From Candidatus Omnitrophota bacterium (GTDB lineage Bacteria; Omnitrophota; Gorgyraeia; Tantalellales; Tantalellaceae), in NCBI GenBank assembly GCA_049643885.1, contig JBARQV010000020.1, forward strand, positions 10,670 through 74,669: DNA of 64,000 nt, given 5' to 3'. Made by a program: the position numbers and the translations under genes. How positions within the stretch are numbered: position 1 is the first letter of the stretch; each line of letters opens with the position of its first letter. Of the stretch, positions 1-10,000 are shown piece by piece. The notes below the pieces were generated by a model. That model did no database searches and was not told the origin of the DNA. It saw nothing but the letters and a program-made list of their open reading frames with translations.

Positions 1-1
1 A

Positions 2-3000
2 GTGAAAGAAGGCCGTGCAGGAGCAGCGAAACAAGCCCAGGAACTTTCCGGTAAATATAAGCACATGGCTGAGACGAACGCTGAATTGGCCCAAACAGAA
101 TTCAAGGCAAAGATATCCGGAGTAGCTACACCAAGGCAAGCCGCTGATATTAAAGTACTTAAGGCGGCGAGATTGAGTTTAGCCAAAGAAATGGGTTGGA
201 CCGGAAAACAGTTACGTACCAGTGGGAGAGTAGCAAGAAGCATGGTAAAAGCTATGATGAGGATGTATACCGTTTCGGGCGGCACATATCAATTGACGAC
301 TGTTCAGGTAAAGGCGCTATCCGCTGCTTTGACGCAGGCAATGAATAACAGCGGGACGCTTGATGTTACAAAAGCGGCCATGGGGATGATAGGATTGTCC
401 TGCGGTGCGGGTAAATCCTTCCCGATCGTTGCCATGAACCTGGCATTTCTCGAGGCAAAGGCAAGTGAGATGGGAGCAAAGGGCATGACCAAAACCCAGA
501 TACAGGCTGCGCTGCAGAAGATGAAGCTTGGTATCGTCACCGATACGGCTACAAACGCGCAGGATTTTCTCCAGAAAAGCGAGATGGACGCCTTGAAGCA
601 ATTCTGTAAGGAGAACGGTATCAATATCACACTTGTCGAGAACGCGGGCCAGATGACCGATGCCGGCGGGCTATTTATATTCAACGCGCATTCACTCATG
701 TCCACTTTCTATGAGAAAGCCGGCGCATTGAAAGGCTTCAGCATGGTCAATGTCGACGAAGCCGAAGCGGTATTCCAGTCGACCAGGTTGAGTTACAGCT
801 CCCTAGTGAATGCCTGGGCTGCAGCGGGAGTTACTACGCAGGCGGCTTGGAAAGCAAAGAACGCGCTGTGGGAAGGATTCGCAAATAGGACCATGGAAGT
901 TTTTAATGTGAAAATGGGCGGGAAGATCACAACAGTATCGCCTCTCCAGCGCTGCGGAGAGACAGGACAAATAAGGTGGAACGCAAAGGCATTCAACACA
1001 GAAGTGAAGGCGTTTCTGAGCACCAAAGCAGGCCGGAGTCTTGCCAGACAGGTCGGCGGCAAACAAATGGCAAAGAGGATGCTTACTGCTTTCGCGAACA
1101 GGGCCACTACGACACTCCTGCAGAGAGTTAATCAGGCGGGAAGCATTAAGATACAATCCGATGCACAGGGAAGATTCGTAAAATATGACTTGCTCGGTGG
1201 AGGCCAAGCCACCATGGCTAATACACAGCTTGGTGACTCGATGTCTGCCATGGCTGTTCTTTTCCGCGCGAAAGCCGGTAAGAGTATAGGAGGAATGGGC
1301 CTCAAGGCAAAAGCCGGAAGCACCTGGGACGCGGAAACCTTCAATGCGTTTAAGACCAGTTCAAAGGGCGGTGTGAGCATATTTGAAGCCCTGAACTTTA
1401 TTGACGCGAACAATGCTTTCGGTTCAAAGAGCGTCAGCATAGGATGGGGCGGAACTATAGAGGGCTGTAGGAATATCCTGGGAGCGAAGGGTGCGGTCCT
1501 TTATGACCTCGGGACGACCGGGTTGGAGGCTATGGGGCTGGTGAGCCTGAGCGATGGGAATTGTACGGGACGACTTGCAAACCGTGCCCTTGATAGGTAT
1601 GAAAGTATCCAGGCCTCGCCTAATGAATTAATGGCCATTGCCGGTGGTGCGCAGGGCCAGTCCGGGGGTGTGTACCGCGCTATTACCGCCGGCGCCAAAG
1701 CCCGAGGCATGAAGGTTGAAATGCAGACACATGGTAATGCTCTTAAGTTCCAGGAAGCCTTTGCCGCGGCAGCTGCAAAGGGACCTGCCGCGCTTAGGGC
1801 ATTTGGCAAGAAGATACATATTGTTGCGGAATGTGTGACTGCCGTTAACCTTTTCAAGACTAACGATGCAGGATTTATGAAGGCAACCGGTCCGAACGGA
1901 CAACAAATTGACATGTTTAACCGCGGCTTATTCCTGACAAATGGTGTGAATACTTCTTCGAACATGCTGCAGCAGGCCGCTCGCGGTAATATCCAGGTGA
2001 CTGATGCAAATGGTAAAACCGCTTTCAGGAGGATGGCAATTGAAATTCACCACTTCATGGATATAAATGATCTTCAGGGGACCGCCGGGCAGATGAGCGA
2101 ATTGAGGACGGCTATGCAGAAAGCCGGCGGCGTAGAAGTAAAAGGCAGTCTTGCAGGGAACAAGGGCAATGCGGGCGCTGAATTTGCAGCCGGTTCCAGG
2201 GGAGCCGTCGATGCTGCCTGGAACATAATGAAAAGCATGAATAACAGGATAGACGTCCGGCAGGCGACAGAGGTCCGCCAGGTCGTAAGGACTTCCGGCA
2301 AGGATATAAGTTTCAGGACGGGAACGGTATCGCAAACAGCGGCCCCGGCGCTGGTCCAGGTTGCCGCGCAGGTCCGGGGGACCTATGATATGGAATGGGA
2401 CACTATGAACACTGAAGACAGGCGCGCGGCGGTTTATGACAGCACTGCTTTTCAATCCCTGGATTCAGTGGAAGCCAGTCTCTTCACGGGTGCGTTCGAG
2501 GCGGATAGTTCACTTTCCTCGCTGAACGAGAATTCGGTCGTAGCCGCGATCGGTGCGGTCAATGATGTCAACGATATGGGAGGAGAGAGGACTGACTCTG
2601 ATAATATGGGGAGATTACTTGACAGAGTAAAGGGTATGGATAGCCTGTCGCAGGGCATGGCTGTCAGCGCGTTCTGCAGCGATATGTCCGTATCCGAATT
2701 CTTCCAGATAGCCGGTGCGCAAAGAGTACTCGGAGGAGAAGCAGGCGTAAAGGAGATAATTAAGTCAGAAGGCCTCGCGGAAGATACAAGTCCTGTTGAG
2801 TTTATTCGCCATGATATTGTTGCCGGCGGCGCTGCAAGGCTGCTTGATGTAGGCCCGGCCCAGTTAAGAGAGATACCGAGCATAAGAAGGGTTGCCAGGG
2901 GACGCGACGCCGACCACAACGCTGCAGCCGCGCTTGGCGCGCGTATGCTCGGTAGAGAAAAGTTAGATAGTGGAAATACCGGTCATATCGCCGCGTTCAC

Positions 3001-6000
3001 AGCCGCAGCGGGTCTCCTGGGCATGTCCAGTTTTGGCGCGACTAATTCTGCCCAGAATTTCTTTACGGGTAAAGCATTGGAGAGAATAAATACGCAGCAT
3101 TCCGGCCAGCTTGACGCGATGTTACGGCAGTTGACAAGCGTGCCGCAGCGCGGCAGGCCTTCAGCTCCGGCCGGCGGGAGTATACAGGAGCTTGTAGGCG
3201 CGATGTCAGATAGCGCGAATATGGGTGTGCGCATGACGGGCGCTTCTTACGGCCCGACGATGACCGGCGAGGTTCTTCTAAGCAAAGCCGCGGAGGTCCA
3301 GGCGACAGGTAATACCGTCAGTGTCCAGGCGCATGGCGTAACCGTCAATGTAGCGGTCGACGCTAGTATTGCCGATGTGGCCGCAGTCCAGACATCGTTC
3401 CAGGCGGCGCTCAGCAGTATGACGTCCCGGCAGATGAGTGCTATAAGTCAGACTCTCCAGGGCAGGCCCATGACGATCATTTCCGCTGCCAAGACCCAGT
3501 CGGCTTTTGAGAATCACGCGCAGGACGGTGTCGTCGTAGTGAACAGCTCGGTGTTCAACAAGACAGCGGACAATCCCGCTTTGAGGGCGGCCCTCCTGCG
3601 GGTAGGGTTCACACACGAGATGCGCCATGAAGCCGGTGTGGGCAACACCGCCGCGGAAGAGATGGCGCTTGCCTTCGGCGACGCCGCCACGTTTGTAAAT
3701 ATGTCCCAGCAGAACCCGGCGCTCATGACATCCATGCTGGCATTGCTGAATGATATAGCGACTCCCGCGAGCTCCTTCGGTATAGCCGTCAGGGCGCTTA
3801 TGAGCAACGACCTTTTAAGCAGTGGCGCGGTAGGCATAACAGCCGAGGTTGTGGACGGCGCGGCAACGCTGAACCTCGAGGGTGTTACAAGTCTTGCGGC
3901 GTTTAACAGTATAGCCCATACAATGGGGCTAATGGGTGCGACCGTAACGGCGCAGGTTCAGTTGGCCGGCATGGCTCAGCCTGTGGTCCTCCAGTCCCAG
4001 ATAAGGGATGGCGTGGCGGATACGTTCGCTACCGGTTTTGTCGCGCAGTCAGGCCAGGTCATAAGTCTTGACGCGGGTGTCAATATCAGCACAGCCGAAC
4101 AGTTCTCTCAAGCGCAGGCGGGCCTGAGCGCGATGTCAACGATAGCCCAGGGTGCGATAATGAATAACGCTGCCGGCTTTGTGTCAGTGGCAAATCAATT
4201 TGCGGCTCTGGGAAGAGGTATTACGGCTGAGGTCCAGGGTGTATTTCTGAGGTCGGCTGTTGAAAATAACGCGGTAACCGGAGTGCAGGCCGCTGCCCTC
4301 AGGACATCCGCAGGCCAGGTCATAAACCTGGCCCAGGTCATGAGGTTGGACATGAATATCGACGGCACCCTTACAAACGCTTCCATGACACTTATGAATG
4401 ATCTCGTCAGCGCTACTTCCGCGATAAGGGACATGACGGTTGTTGACGGTGTAGCCAGATTGAATCTCGTCGATGTCGGCATGCAGGCGTTCAGCGATAT
4501 TGCGGCTACAATGGCGCAGACGGGTATGTCGGTTACGGCTCAGGTCAAACTGGATGCCGTGGATTCGTCAGTTGTCCTCCAGTCGCAGGTCAGGGAAGGG
4601 GTCATAGACAGGACGCTCGTCACCGGACTCGTCACACAGGCTGACCAGGCGATAAACCTCGCGAGGCATATGGATATGAGCATTGTAAGCACTGCCGAGG
4701 GCTTGAGCAGGCTGCAGGCGCTGTCAGATATAACCTCACAGGTGACCAGTAAGGTGAGTGTCGATGACTTTGTCCAGCTGGCGCAGGCATTTGATGCCAG
4801 AGGTCAACAGATCACCGCCGAGACCGCTCAGGGCACCATGCTCCGTTCAGAGATAGCACTGGATAGCACCTTAAGGGTGAACGCTGTCGCGCAGAGGACA
4901 GCCGCCGGCCAGGTCGTCGATCTTGCCGAAAAGATGCTTGTGGCAGTGCAGGAAGCCCGCGCTTACGCTTCTAGTACGGGAATAGATGCGCTCGTAAGCG
5001 CTGCCGGCGCGGTAAGAGGTTCTGTGAATGACGCTCGTTCGTTCAACAAAGTGGCCGCTGATTTCGCGAAGGACGGCATAGCCATAAAGATGGAGGTTGC
5101 CGACGGTGTATCACTCGAATCCAGGGTGACGGATAATGAAGTTACGGGATTACTGGCGACCCGGGCAGGAGAGATAGGCAGGATATCGCTTGAAGTCCGT
5201 CCCGGCGGCATGCTTACCGAAGCCGGTCTGGCCAGGGCCGCTGAAGTGCTTGGCGTTGAAATTGAAATTGCGCCGGTATCGGAAGTCGCCGCGGATATGG
5301 CGGCAAGGGTCATGGACGCCTTCAGATCGGCTCTTACAAGTTCCAAGATAGGCGCCTTGAGGACAGTAATGAACATAACGGCAGGCGCCGCGCAGGCTAC
5401 CGATGCCCTCGCGGGTACTGTAAGGGATTTTGTGGATGCGCTTGGACGCAGGACGAGAGAGATAGACCTGGCAGAGATCATGAAGATCGACCCGGGCCTC
5501 GGCCAGCAGCTGCAGGGCCTCCTTGATGTGGAAGGGGTGGATATAAGCACGCGTCCGGCTAACGTTATGGATATAATCGTGGCTTTGAGGACCGGGAAGA
5601 CCCCGAGCGCGGTGAGCGCGGTGGAACAGGCGCTTTTCACGCTTGACGGTGTGATGATACAGAAAACGGCCGACGGTAAGCTCCTGCTCCAGTTCGCTAA
5701 CGGCGCCGATATGAATGACTTCCAGAACATGACGATGAATTTGAACGCGGCTACACTTGCGCAGATACAGACAGCGCTCGACGCGGGGCTGCTTGACCGC
5801 GTAGCTTCGGGTCAGTTGAACGCGGCCGACAGGCAAGTGATGAACATGATAGGCATGATCCTGGCTGAATGGTCGAGATACTCCGCGCTTGGTTTTAACT
5901 TTGCTCCGGATTCAGCGACGGCCAATATGATAAACAGCATTGTGCAGCAGATGGTAGATACGGGTAACCTCTCTCAATTACTTACCCTTGTGAAGAGCCA

Positions 6001-6910
6001 CGCGCCTGAAGGAGAGAAGACAAGCGCGGCGTCAATGGTCATGAAGGATATTGTGGGTATACCGGAACAGGTTGCGCGCCGTCTTGCGATCGCGGAACAG
6101 AAGGCTCTGGCGAATTTCGTGAAAGAGGTCGTTGAGAAAGCGACGCCGATGCAGCCGGCTCACGTCATCATGCAGACGCTGACCCCGGCGTCCATGTTCG
6201 GGGCCGATGTAGCGTCTGACATGACGATGGCGGAAGCGGCCCTGCAGGCCAATCCGGCGGTACGGGATCTGTCAATGGCTGCAGGGGAAGCCATTTATAA
6301 TAATGACGGAATACTTGAAGACGCGGAAGTGGTCCATATGCAGGCAGTGGATGCCGGGCTACTTGCGACCGAAAAAGACCTGGAAAAGATCGAAAGGATC
6401 GCAAGGTTATATGAGAGCATGAACGTTCACAAAGGCAGTAAGTTCCGCCTGATTATCGTAGGTGATGTTTCAGATACAATTGCCAGGAGGCTGGACTCTA
6501 ATGGTATTAAGCGTCTCGGGAAGAAGGCTGTCGAAGATTCTCCACGCGCAGCCATTAACGACGTGCTTAATCAGCAGAAACTGCAGAGCACACTGACAGC
6601 TGTGATGAAGGGCGACGAGGCCTACGCGGACGCGTTTGCGCGTGAGGTTGACAGTCTCATTATTGTGGATAACATGAACGTCTTCGGCGCGGCGACTGCA
6701 AGTTATATAAGGCATCGCGTTGTGGGGAAAGGCGAGCTCAGTTGTACGGGATTTACGGACGCGGCAAGAGACAAGTTACAGCAGTTGAGAAAGGGAAGCA
6801 ACAGGGCCGCAGGCAGCAACAACTTCAACGTCGATATCAGGGAAGAAGAAGCACGTGAGGAAATGGACGAGTATATACTGTCGGACATGGAAGCCGACGT
6901 CGCCTTCTAA
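2..6910 (+). CDS. C-terminal 2302 aa of a giant protein (5' end outside window). Low-charge Ala/Gly/Thr/Val/Gln/Met-rich, probably fibrous or extracellular; contains two ~197-aa internal repeats
   Basis: ORF open from the window edge to TAA at 6908-6910. Uniform composition, no competing ORF, same strand as and 185 bp upstream of giant gene 2. Confidence 0.85.
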   Translation: MKEGRAGAAKQAQELSGKYKHMAETNAELAQTEFKAKISGVATPRQAADIKVLKAARLSLAKEMGWTGKQLRTSGRVARSMVKAMMRMYTVSGGTYQLTTVQVKALSAALTQAMNNSGTLDVTKAAMGMIGLSCGAGKSFPIVAMNLAFLEAKASEMGAKGMTKTQIQAALQKMKLGIVTDTATNAQDFLQKSEMDALKQFCKENGINITLVENAGQMTDAGGLFIFNAHSLMSTFYEKAGALKGFSMVNVDEAEAVFQSTRLSYSSLVNAWAAAGVTTQAAWKAKNALWEGFANRTMEVFNVKMGGKITTVSPLQRCGETGQIRWNAKAFNTEVKAFLSTKAGRSLARQVGGKQMAKRMLTAFANRATTTLLQRVNQAGSIKIQSDAQGRFVKYDLLGGGQATMANTQLGDSMSAMAVLFRAKAGKSIGGMGLKAKAGSTWDAETFNAFKTSSKGGVSIFEALNFIDANNAFGSKSVSIGWGGTIEGCRNILGAKGAVLYDLGTTGLEAMGLVSLSDGNCTGRLANRALDRYESIQASPNELMAIAGGAQGQSGGVYRAITAGAKARGMKVEMQTHGNALKFQEAFAAAAAKGPAALRAFGKKIHIVAECVTAVNLFKTNDAGFMKATGPNGQQIDMFNRGLFLTNGVNTSSNMLQQAARGNIQVTDANGKTAFRRMAIEIHHFMDINDLQGTAGQMSELRTAMQKAGGVEVKGSLAGNKGNAGAEFAAGSRGAVDAAWNIMKSMNNRIDVRQATEVRQVVRTSGKDISFRTGTVSQTAAPALVQVAAQVRGTYDMEWDTMNTEDRRAAVYDSTAFQSLDSVEASLFTGAFEADSSLSSLNENSVVAAIGAVNDVNDMGGERTDSDNMGRLLDRVKGMDSLSQGMAVSAFCSDMSVSEFFQIAGAQRVLGGEAGVKEIIKSEGLAEDTSPVEFIRHDIVAGGAARLLDVGPAQLREIPSIRRVARGRDADHNAAAALGARMLGREKLDSGNTGHIAAFTAAAGLLGMSSFGATNSAQNFFTGKALERINTQHSGQLDAMLRQLTSVPQRGRPSAPAGGSIQELVGAMSDSANMGVRMTGASYGPTMTGEVLLSKAAEVQATGNTVSVQAHGVTVNVAVDASIADVAAVQTSFQAALSSMTSRQMSAISQTLQGRPMTIISAAKTQSAFENHAQDGVVVVNSSVFNKTADNPALRAALLRVGFTHEMRHEAGVGNTAAEEMALAFGDAATFVNMSQQNPALMTSMLALLNDIATPASSFGIAVRALMSNDLLSSGAVGITAEVVDGAATLNLEGVTSLAAFNSIAHTMGLMGATVTAQVQLAGMAQPVVLQSQIRDGVADTFATGFVAQSGQVISLDAGVNISTAEQFSQAQAGLSAMSTIAQGAIMNNAAGFVSVANQFAALGRGITAEVQGVFLRSAVENNAVTGVQAAALRTSAGQVINLAQVMRLDMNIDGTLTNASMTLMNDLVSATSAIRDMTVVDGVARLNLVDVGMQAFSDIAATMAQTGMSVTAQVKLDAVDSSVVLQSQVREGVIDRTLVTGLVTQADQAINLARHMDMSIVSTAEGLSRLQALSDITSQVTSKVSVDDFVQLAQAFDARGQQITAETAQGTMLRSEIALDSTLRVNAVAQRTAAGQVVDLAEKMLVAVQEARAYASSTGIDALVSAAGAVRGSVNDARSFNKVAADFAKDGIAIKMEVADGVSLESRVTDNEVTGLLATRAGEIGRISLEVRPGGMLTEAGLARAAEVLGVEIEIAPVSEVAADMAARVMDAFRSALTSSKIGALRTVMNITAGAAQATDALAGTVRDFVDALGRRTREIDLAEIMKIDPGLGQQLQGLLDVEGVDISTRPANVMDIIVALRTGKTPSAVSAVEQALFTLDGVMIQKTADGKLLLQFANGADMNDFQNMTMNLNAATLAQIQTALDAGLLDRVASGQLNAADRQVMNMIGMILAEWSRYSALGFNFAPDSATANMINSIVQQMVDTGNLSQLLTLVKSHAPEGEKTSAASMVMKDIVGIPEQVARRLAIAEQKALANFVKEVVEKATPMQPAHVIMQTLTPASMFGADVASDMTMAEAALQANPAVRDLSMAAGEAIYNNDGILEDAEVVHMQAVDAGLLATEKDLEKIERIARLYESMNVHKGSKFRLIIVGDVSDTIARRLDSNGIKRLGKKAVEDSPRAAINDVLNQQKLQSTLTAVMKGDEAYADAFAREVDSLIIVDNMNVFGAATASYIRHRVVGKGELSCTGFTDAARDKLQQLRKGSNRAAGSNNFNVDIREEEAREEMDEYILSDMEADVAF
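3614..3637 (+). other. HEMRHEAG: HEXXHxxG zincin-like motif in gene 1. Could be a metalloprotease active site or a chance match
   Basis: In-frame cac gag atg cgc cat gaa gcc ggt; Glu residues follow 14-15 aa downstream (AAEEMA). Confidence 0.2.
3849..5030 (+). repeat. Two divergent tandem ~591-bp (197-aa) protein-level repeats inside gene 1. Both start VVDG(A/V)(A/R)(T/L)LNL and contain TVTAQVQL / SVTAQVKL and VVLQSQ(I/V)R(D/E)GV
   Basis: Translated segments align at period 591 nt (anchors gcgaccgtaacgg at 3938 vs tcggttacggct at 4529). About 40% aa identity, so not a nucleotide-level repeat. Confidence 0.6.
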
Positions 6911-6970
6911 TGGAGGGAGGTGTTAGGGTTTAAAAAATTTAGCTTTTTCTCAGGTCTAGTTTTCACCTTG

Positions 6971-7011
6971 TGATATACTCTATACTAGGAACATAATATT
7001 ATGTATAGAGT
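6971..7011 (+). promoter_or_regulatory. Extended -10 (TGaTATACT, 6971-6979) overlapping a palindromic element: ACTCTATAC (6977-6985) / GTATAGAGT (7003-7011) arms around a perfect 14-nt palindrome ACATAATATTATGT (6991-7004)
   Basis: Read directly from sequence. No good -35 hexamer. Sits 85-125 bp upstream of the gene 2 ATG. Confidence 0.3.
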
Positions 7012-7052
7012 TACAACAAGCGAGTGGTAAAAGGAGGGATTATTTTTTTGGC

Positions 7053-7094
7053 ATGTTAATAAATACATTTAATAAGTACAGGCAAAGGTGCTAA
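7053..7094 (+). other. Candidate 13-codon leader uORF (MLINTFNKYRQRC*). Its TAA (7092-7094) ends 1 nt before the giant-gene ATG at 7096
   Basis: The only canonical SD in the intergenic region (AAGGAGG, 7032-7037) sits 15 nt upstream of this ATG, not of the giant gene ATG. The giant gene itself has only a weak AAAGGTG. Confidence 0.25.
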
Positions 7095-7095
7095 A

Positions 7096-10000
7096 ATGAA
7101 GTACTTATCTCAAAACGCCACAGAACGCCGAGACCCCATGGGCGGTAAAGAGATGCTGGCAAACAAGGCATTCAGGAGCCCGAAAGCCAGGCCATGGATG
7201 AAGACTATCTCGTGTGTCATCATCCTTACATTTCTCTTCCAACAGGTGGTCTTTGGCCAGGAAATAACCCCTGCGGCACCAGCCGAAAAACCCATTGTAG
7301 TTAACGGCCGTATCGATCTCAGGCAGGTCTCTCTTCCGCGTGATATCGCTATCACTAAAGAAGTGAGCATGGCCAAAAGCGAAGAGATTATCATCGATAT
7401 AAAGGACGCCCACGACAATTTCGGCGCCCAGGAGTCCATAGTCGCGGCGCTTGAAAACCTCCTTATAAATTACGACGTCAAGTTCATCGGGGTAGAAGGC
7501 TCTGAAGGGTTGATCGATATGGGCCTGATCTCTTCTTTTCCCGACGAGGATATCAAAAAAGAAACCGCCGAATACCTTATGCGCCAGGGTAAGATATCGG
7601 CCGGTGAATTCTTCGCGGCGACCTCAAAGACGCCCATAATGCTCTACGGTATAGAAGATACCGATCTTTACCTCAGGAATTACACTGATTTTATAGCCCT
7701 CCATGAAAAGATGAAAAGTAACCTCAAGTATGTGGACGGCCTGAGAAGGGCTCTGTACGCGCTTGAAGACCACGTGTTTTCGGAAGAACTCAAAACTCTT
7801 AACAGGAGCTCGATCCTCAGTAAAAACGGGAACAACAGGTTCACCAGGCGGTGGGAGTATATCGAGAACCTCGGCAAGAAATACGGCGTCAGCATAGAAG
7901 AGTATGAAAATATCAGGGCCTTGATACACACGATGGTGATAGAGGACTCGATAGATTACAAGGCCGTCAACGCGCAGAGGGAAAAGCTCCTGGACATACT
8001 GACCAAACGGCTCCCGAGGGACCAGCTCGAGGAGCTCATCCTCAAGAGCCTGAACTTCAAACTCGGCAAAATATCGAAGAGCCAGTTCTATACTCACCTC
8101 TTGTTCCTTGCTAAGGGGGAGGAACTTGACAGGGAAACCTATGACAGCATCGAGGTCTTCTGCGATTTTGTGAACACGTATGAGTCTATAGACATCGGCA
8201 CCCTCATGGACGAGATCGATGAATATGAATGCAAGATAAAGGATAAGCTTTTCACAGGCGAAGAGGACCGGGAGCTCACGCATCTTTTAAAGAACGTGGA
8301 GATACTCCATAATCTTTACCAGGTCCGGCTTACCAGCGGACAGTTGAAGTATTTCCGGGAGAACAAGGAAGATTTCAGCTCCGAGATATTCCTGGATTTT
8401 ATAAAGGATACGTACCAGAAATACGGCATGCGCGTCCCGGAAAACCTCCGCAGGAACACGTATAAACTCTTCGAGATGCTTCCCCAGGGTATAGACTTTT
8501 ACGAAGCCGCCACCAAAAGGAACCGCGCTATGGTCGACAACACCATAAAGCAGATGCGGGAAAATGGTGTTACGGTGGGAGCGATAGTGACCGGGGGGTT
8601 CCATACGAGGGGCATATCCGAGGTGCTTAAGTCCGATGAGGTCTCTTACCTGATACTCCTGCCCCGGTTCAACGCTCGGAACAACAAACGCCCCTACATA
8701 ACCGTCCTGACGAACAAAGCCGCTGAGTATAAGCATTATGTGGAATCGGGCAGATACCTTGCCGCGTCCTCTTACTTTTCGATGATGCAGGGTATTTTGG
8801 AAGGCTCCGGCCAGGAGGATACGGCCCGCAAGACAAGACTTGAAGCCCTGGCCGTCATGATAGGCCTGTACAGCCAGGGAAGGAGGGAGAGAGGCACGTT
8901 CAGCCAGAGGATACTGAACAATATGAAAGAAAGGCTCATGGATCAGTTCAAGGCGGGCCAGGAGCAGAAGCTGAAAGCGGGACAGATCACCCAGGGACAA
9001 TACGAAAGCCTGGTAAATGAGATGGAGACGCTCCTGGATAATACGTTCGTGACCTGGAAAGGAGAGGTTCCCCAGGTATTTATTAAGTCCACGGAAGGCA
9101 ATTTCATGTATGCCGTTGAAGCGGAGAAGGTGGAAGGAGAGACAAAACCCGTTGTTATGCTCGCCGCGTATGATGGCATTTCGGGTAAAAAGATCGAGAG
9201 CGTGAAACTGGAGAGCCAGATAATGGAGGCGGAGCTTGCCGCGGGAGAAGCAATAGACATGGGCAAGGAACTCTTAGCCAGAGTCCAGAAACTGAAGAAC
9301 GAGCAGTTTTTAAAGAGGTTTGGCATTGAGGCGAAAGCCCAGCTGGAAATAGAGATACTCAAAGGCAAGCTGGCCGATGCCGAAGACCTTCAAGAATGGC
9401 TCGAAACTAAGCTGACGAAAATGGCGAACGCCATGCGTGTCGATAAAGGACAGGTAGAGGCCGAAGCCCAGAAGATAATAAGTAGCCGTGTAGAAGAACT
9501 GACTGCCACCCTTGCCCGGGCAAGAGAAGGGGAAGTGTCCCCAGCCAAGCGTGTTGGCGAAGCGGTAGCGACAAGAAAAGCCGCTGATGATCTAGAGAAG
9601 GAAGTCAGGGCAAGCAAAGAATTTCAAGATCTCGTAGCTAAAGCAGAAGAGCAGAAACCCTCGGATATGATGGGGTCTATCAAAGTTGTAAAGCACGATT
9701 TCAAAGGTACTGGAGTCGCCGCGTTCAACTACCGTGAAGGGGAAAGGACTGGCATCCTCAAAGAAGGCAGGACATTAGTTGTAGCGCTCAACCAAAGCTA
9801 TATAGATGAAGCGGTTAAAATGCTCGAAGCGGCAGGGATAACGGAGATCACCGTGACCGTTGTCGAAAGGAGGCGGAAGAAAGAAGTCAAGATGTCCGTG
9901 AGGGAAGCGCTTGAACAGGAACTTATAGATCATGAGAAAAAAGAGGATCACTGGGTAGCAAAGCGTAAGGTCGGTGAAAGGCGGGGGCACATTCTGGCAA

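Noticed and set aside
6911-7095. An intrinsic terminator after gene 1
   Set aside because: No GC-rich hairpin followed by a T-run is present, only the palindromic A/T-rich element. Genes 1 and 2 may be co-transcribed or separated by a weak promoter.
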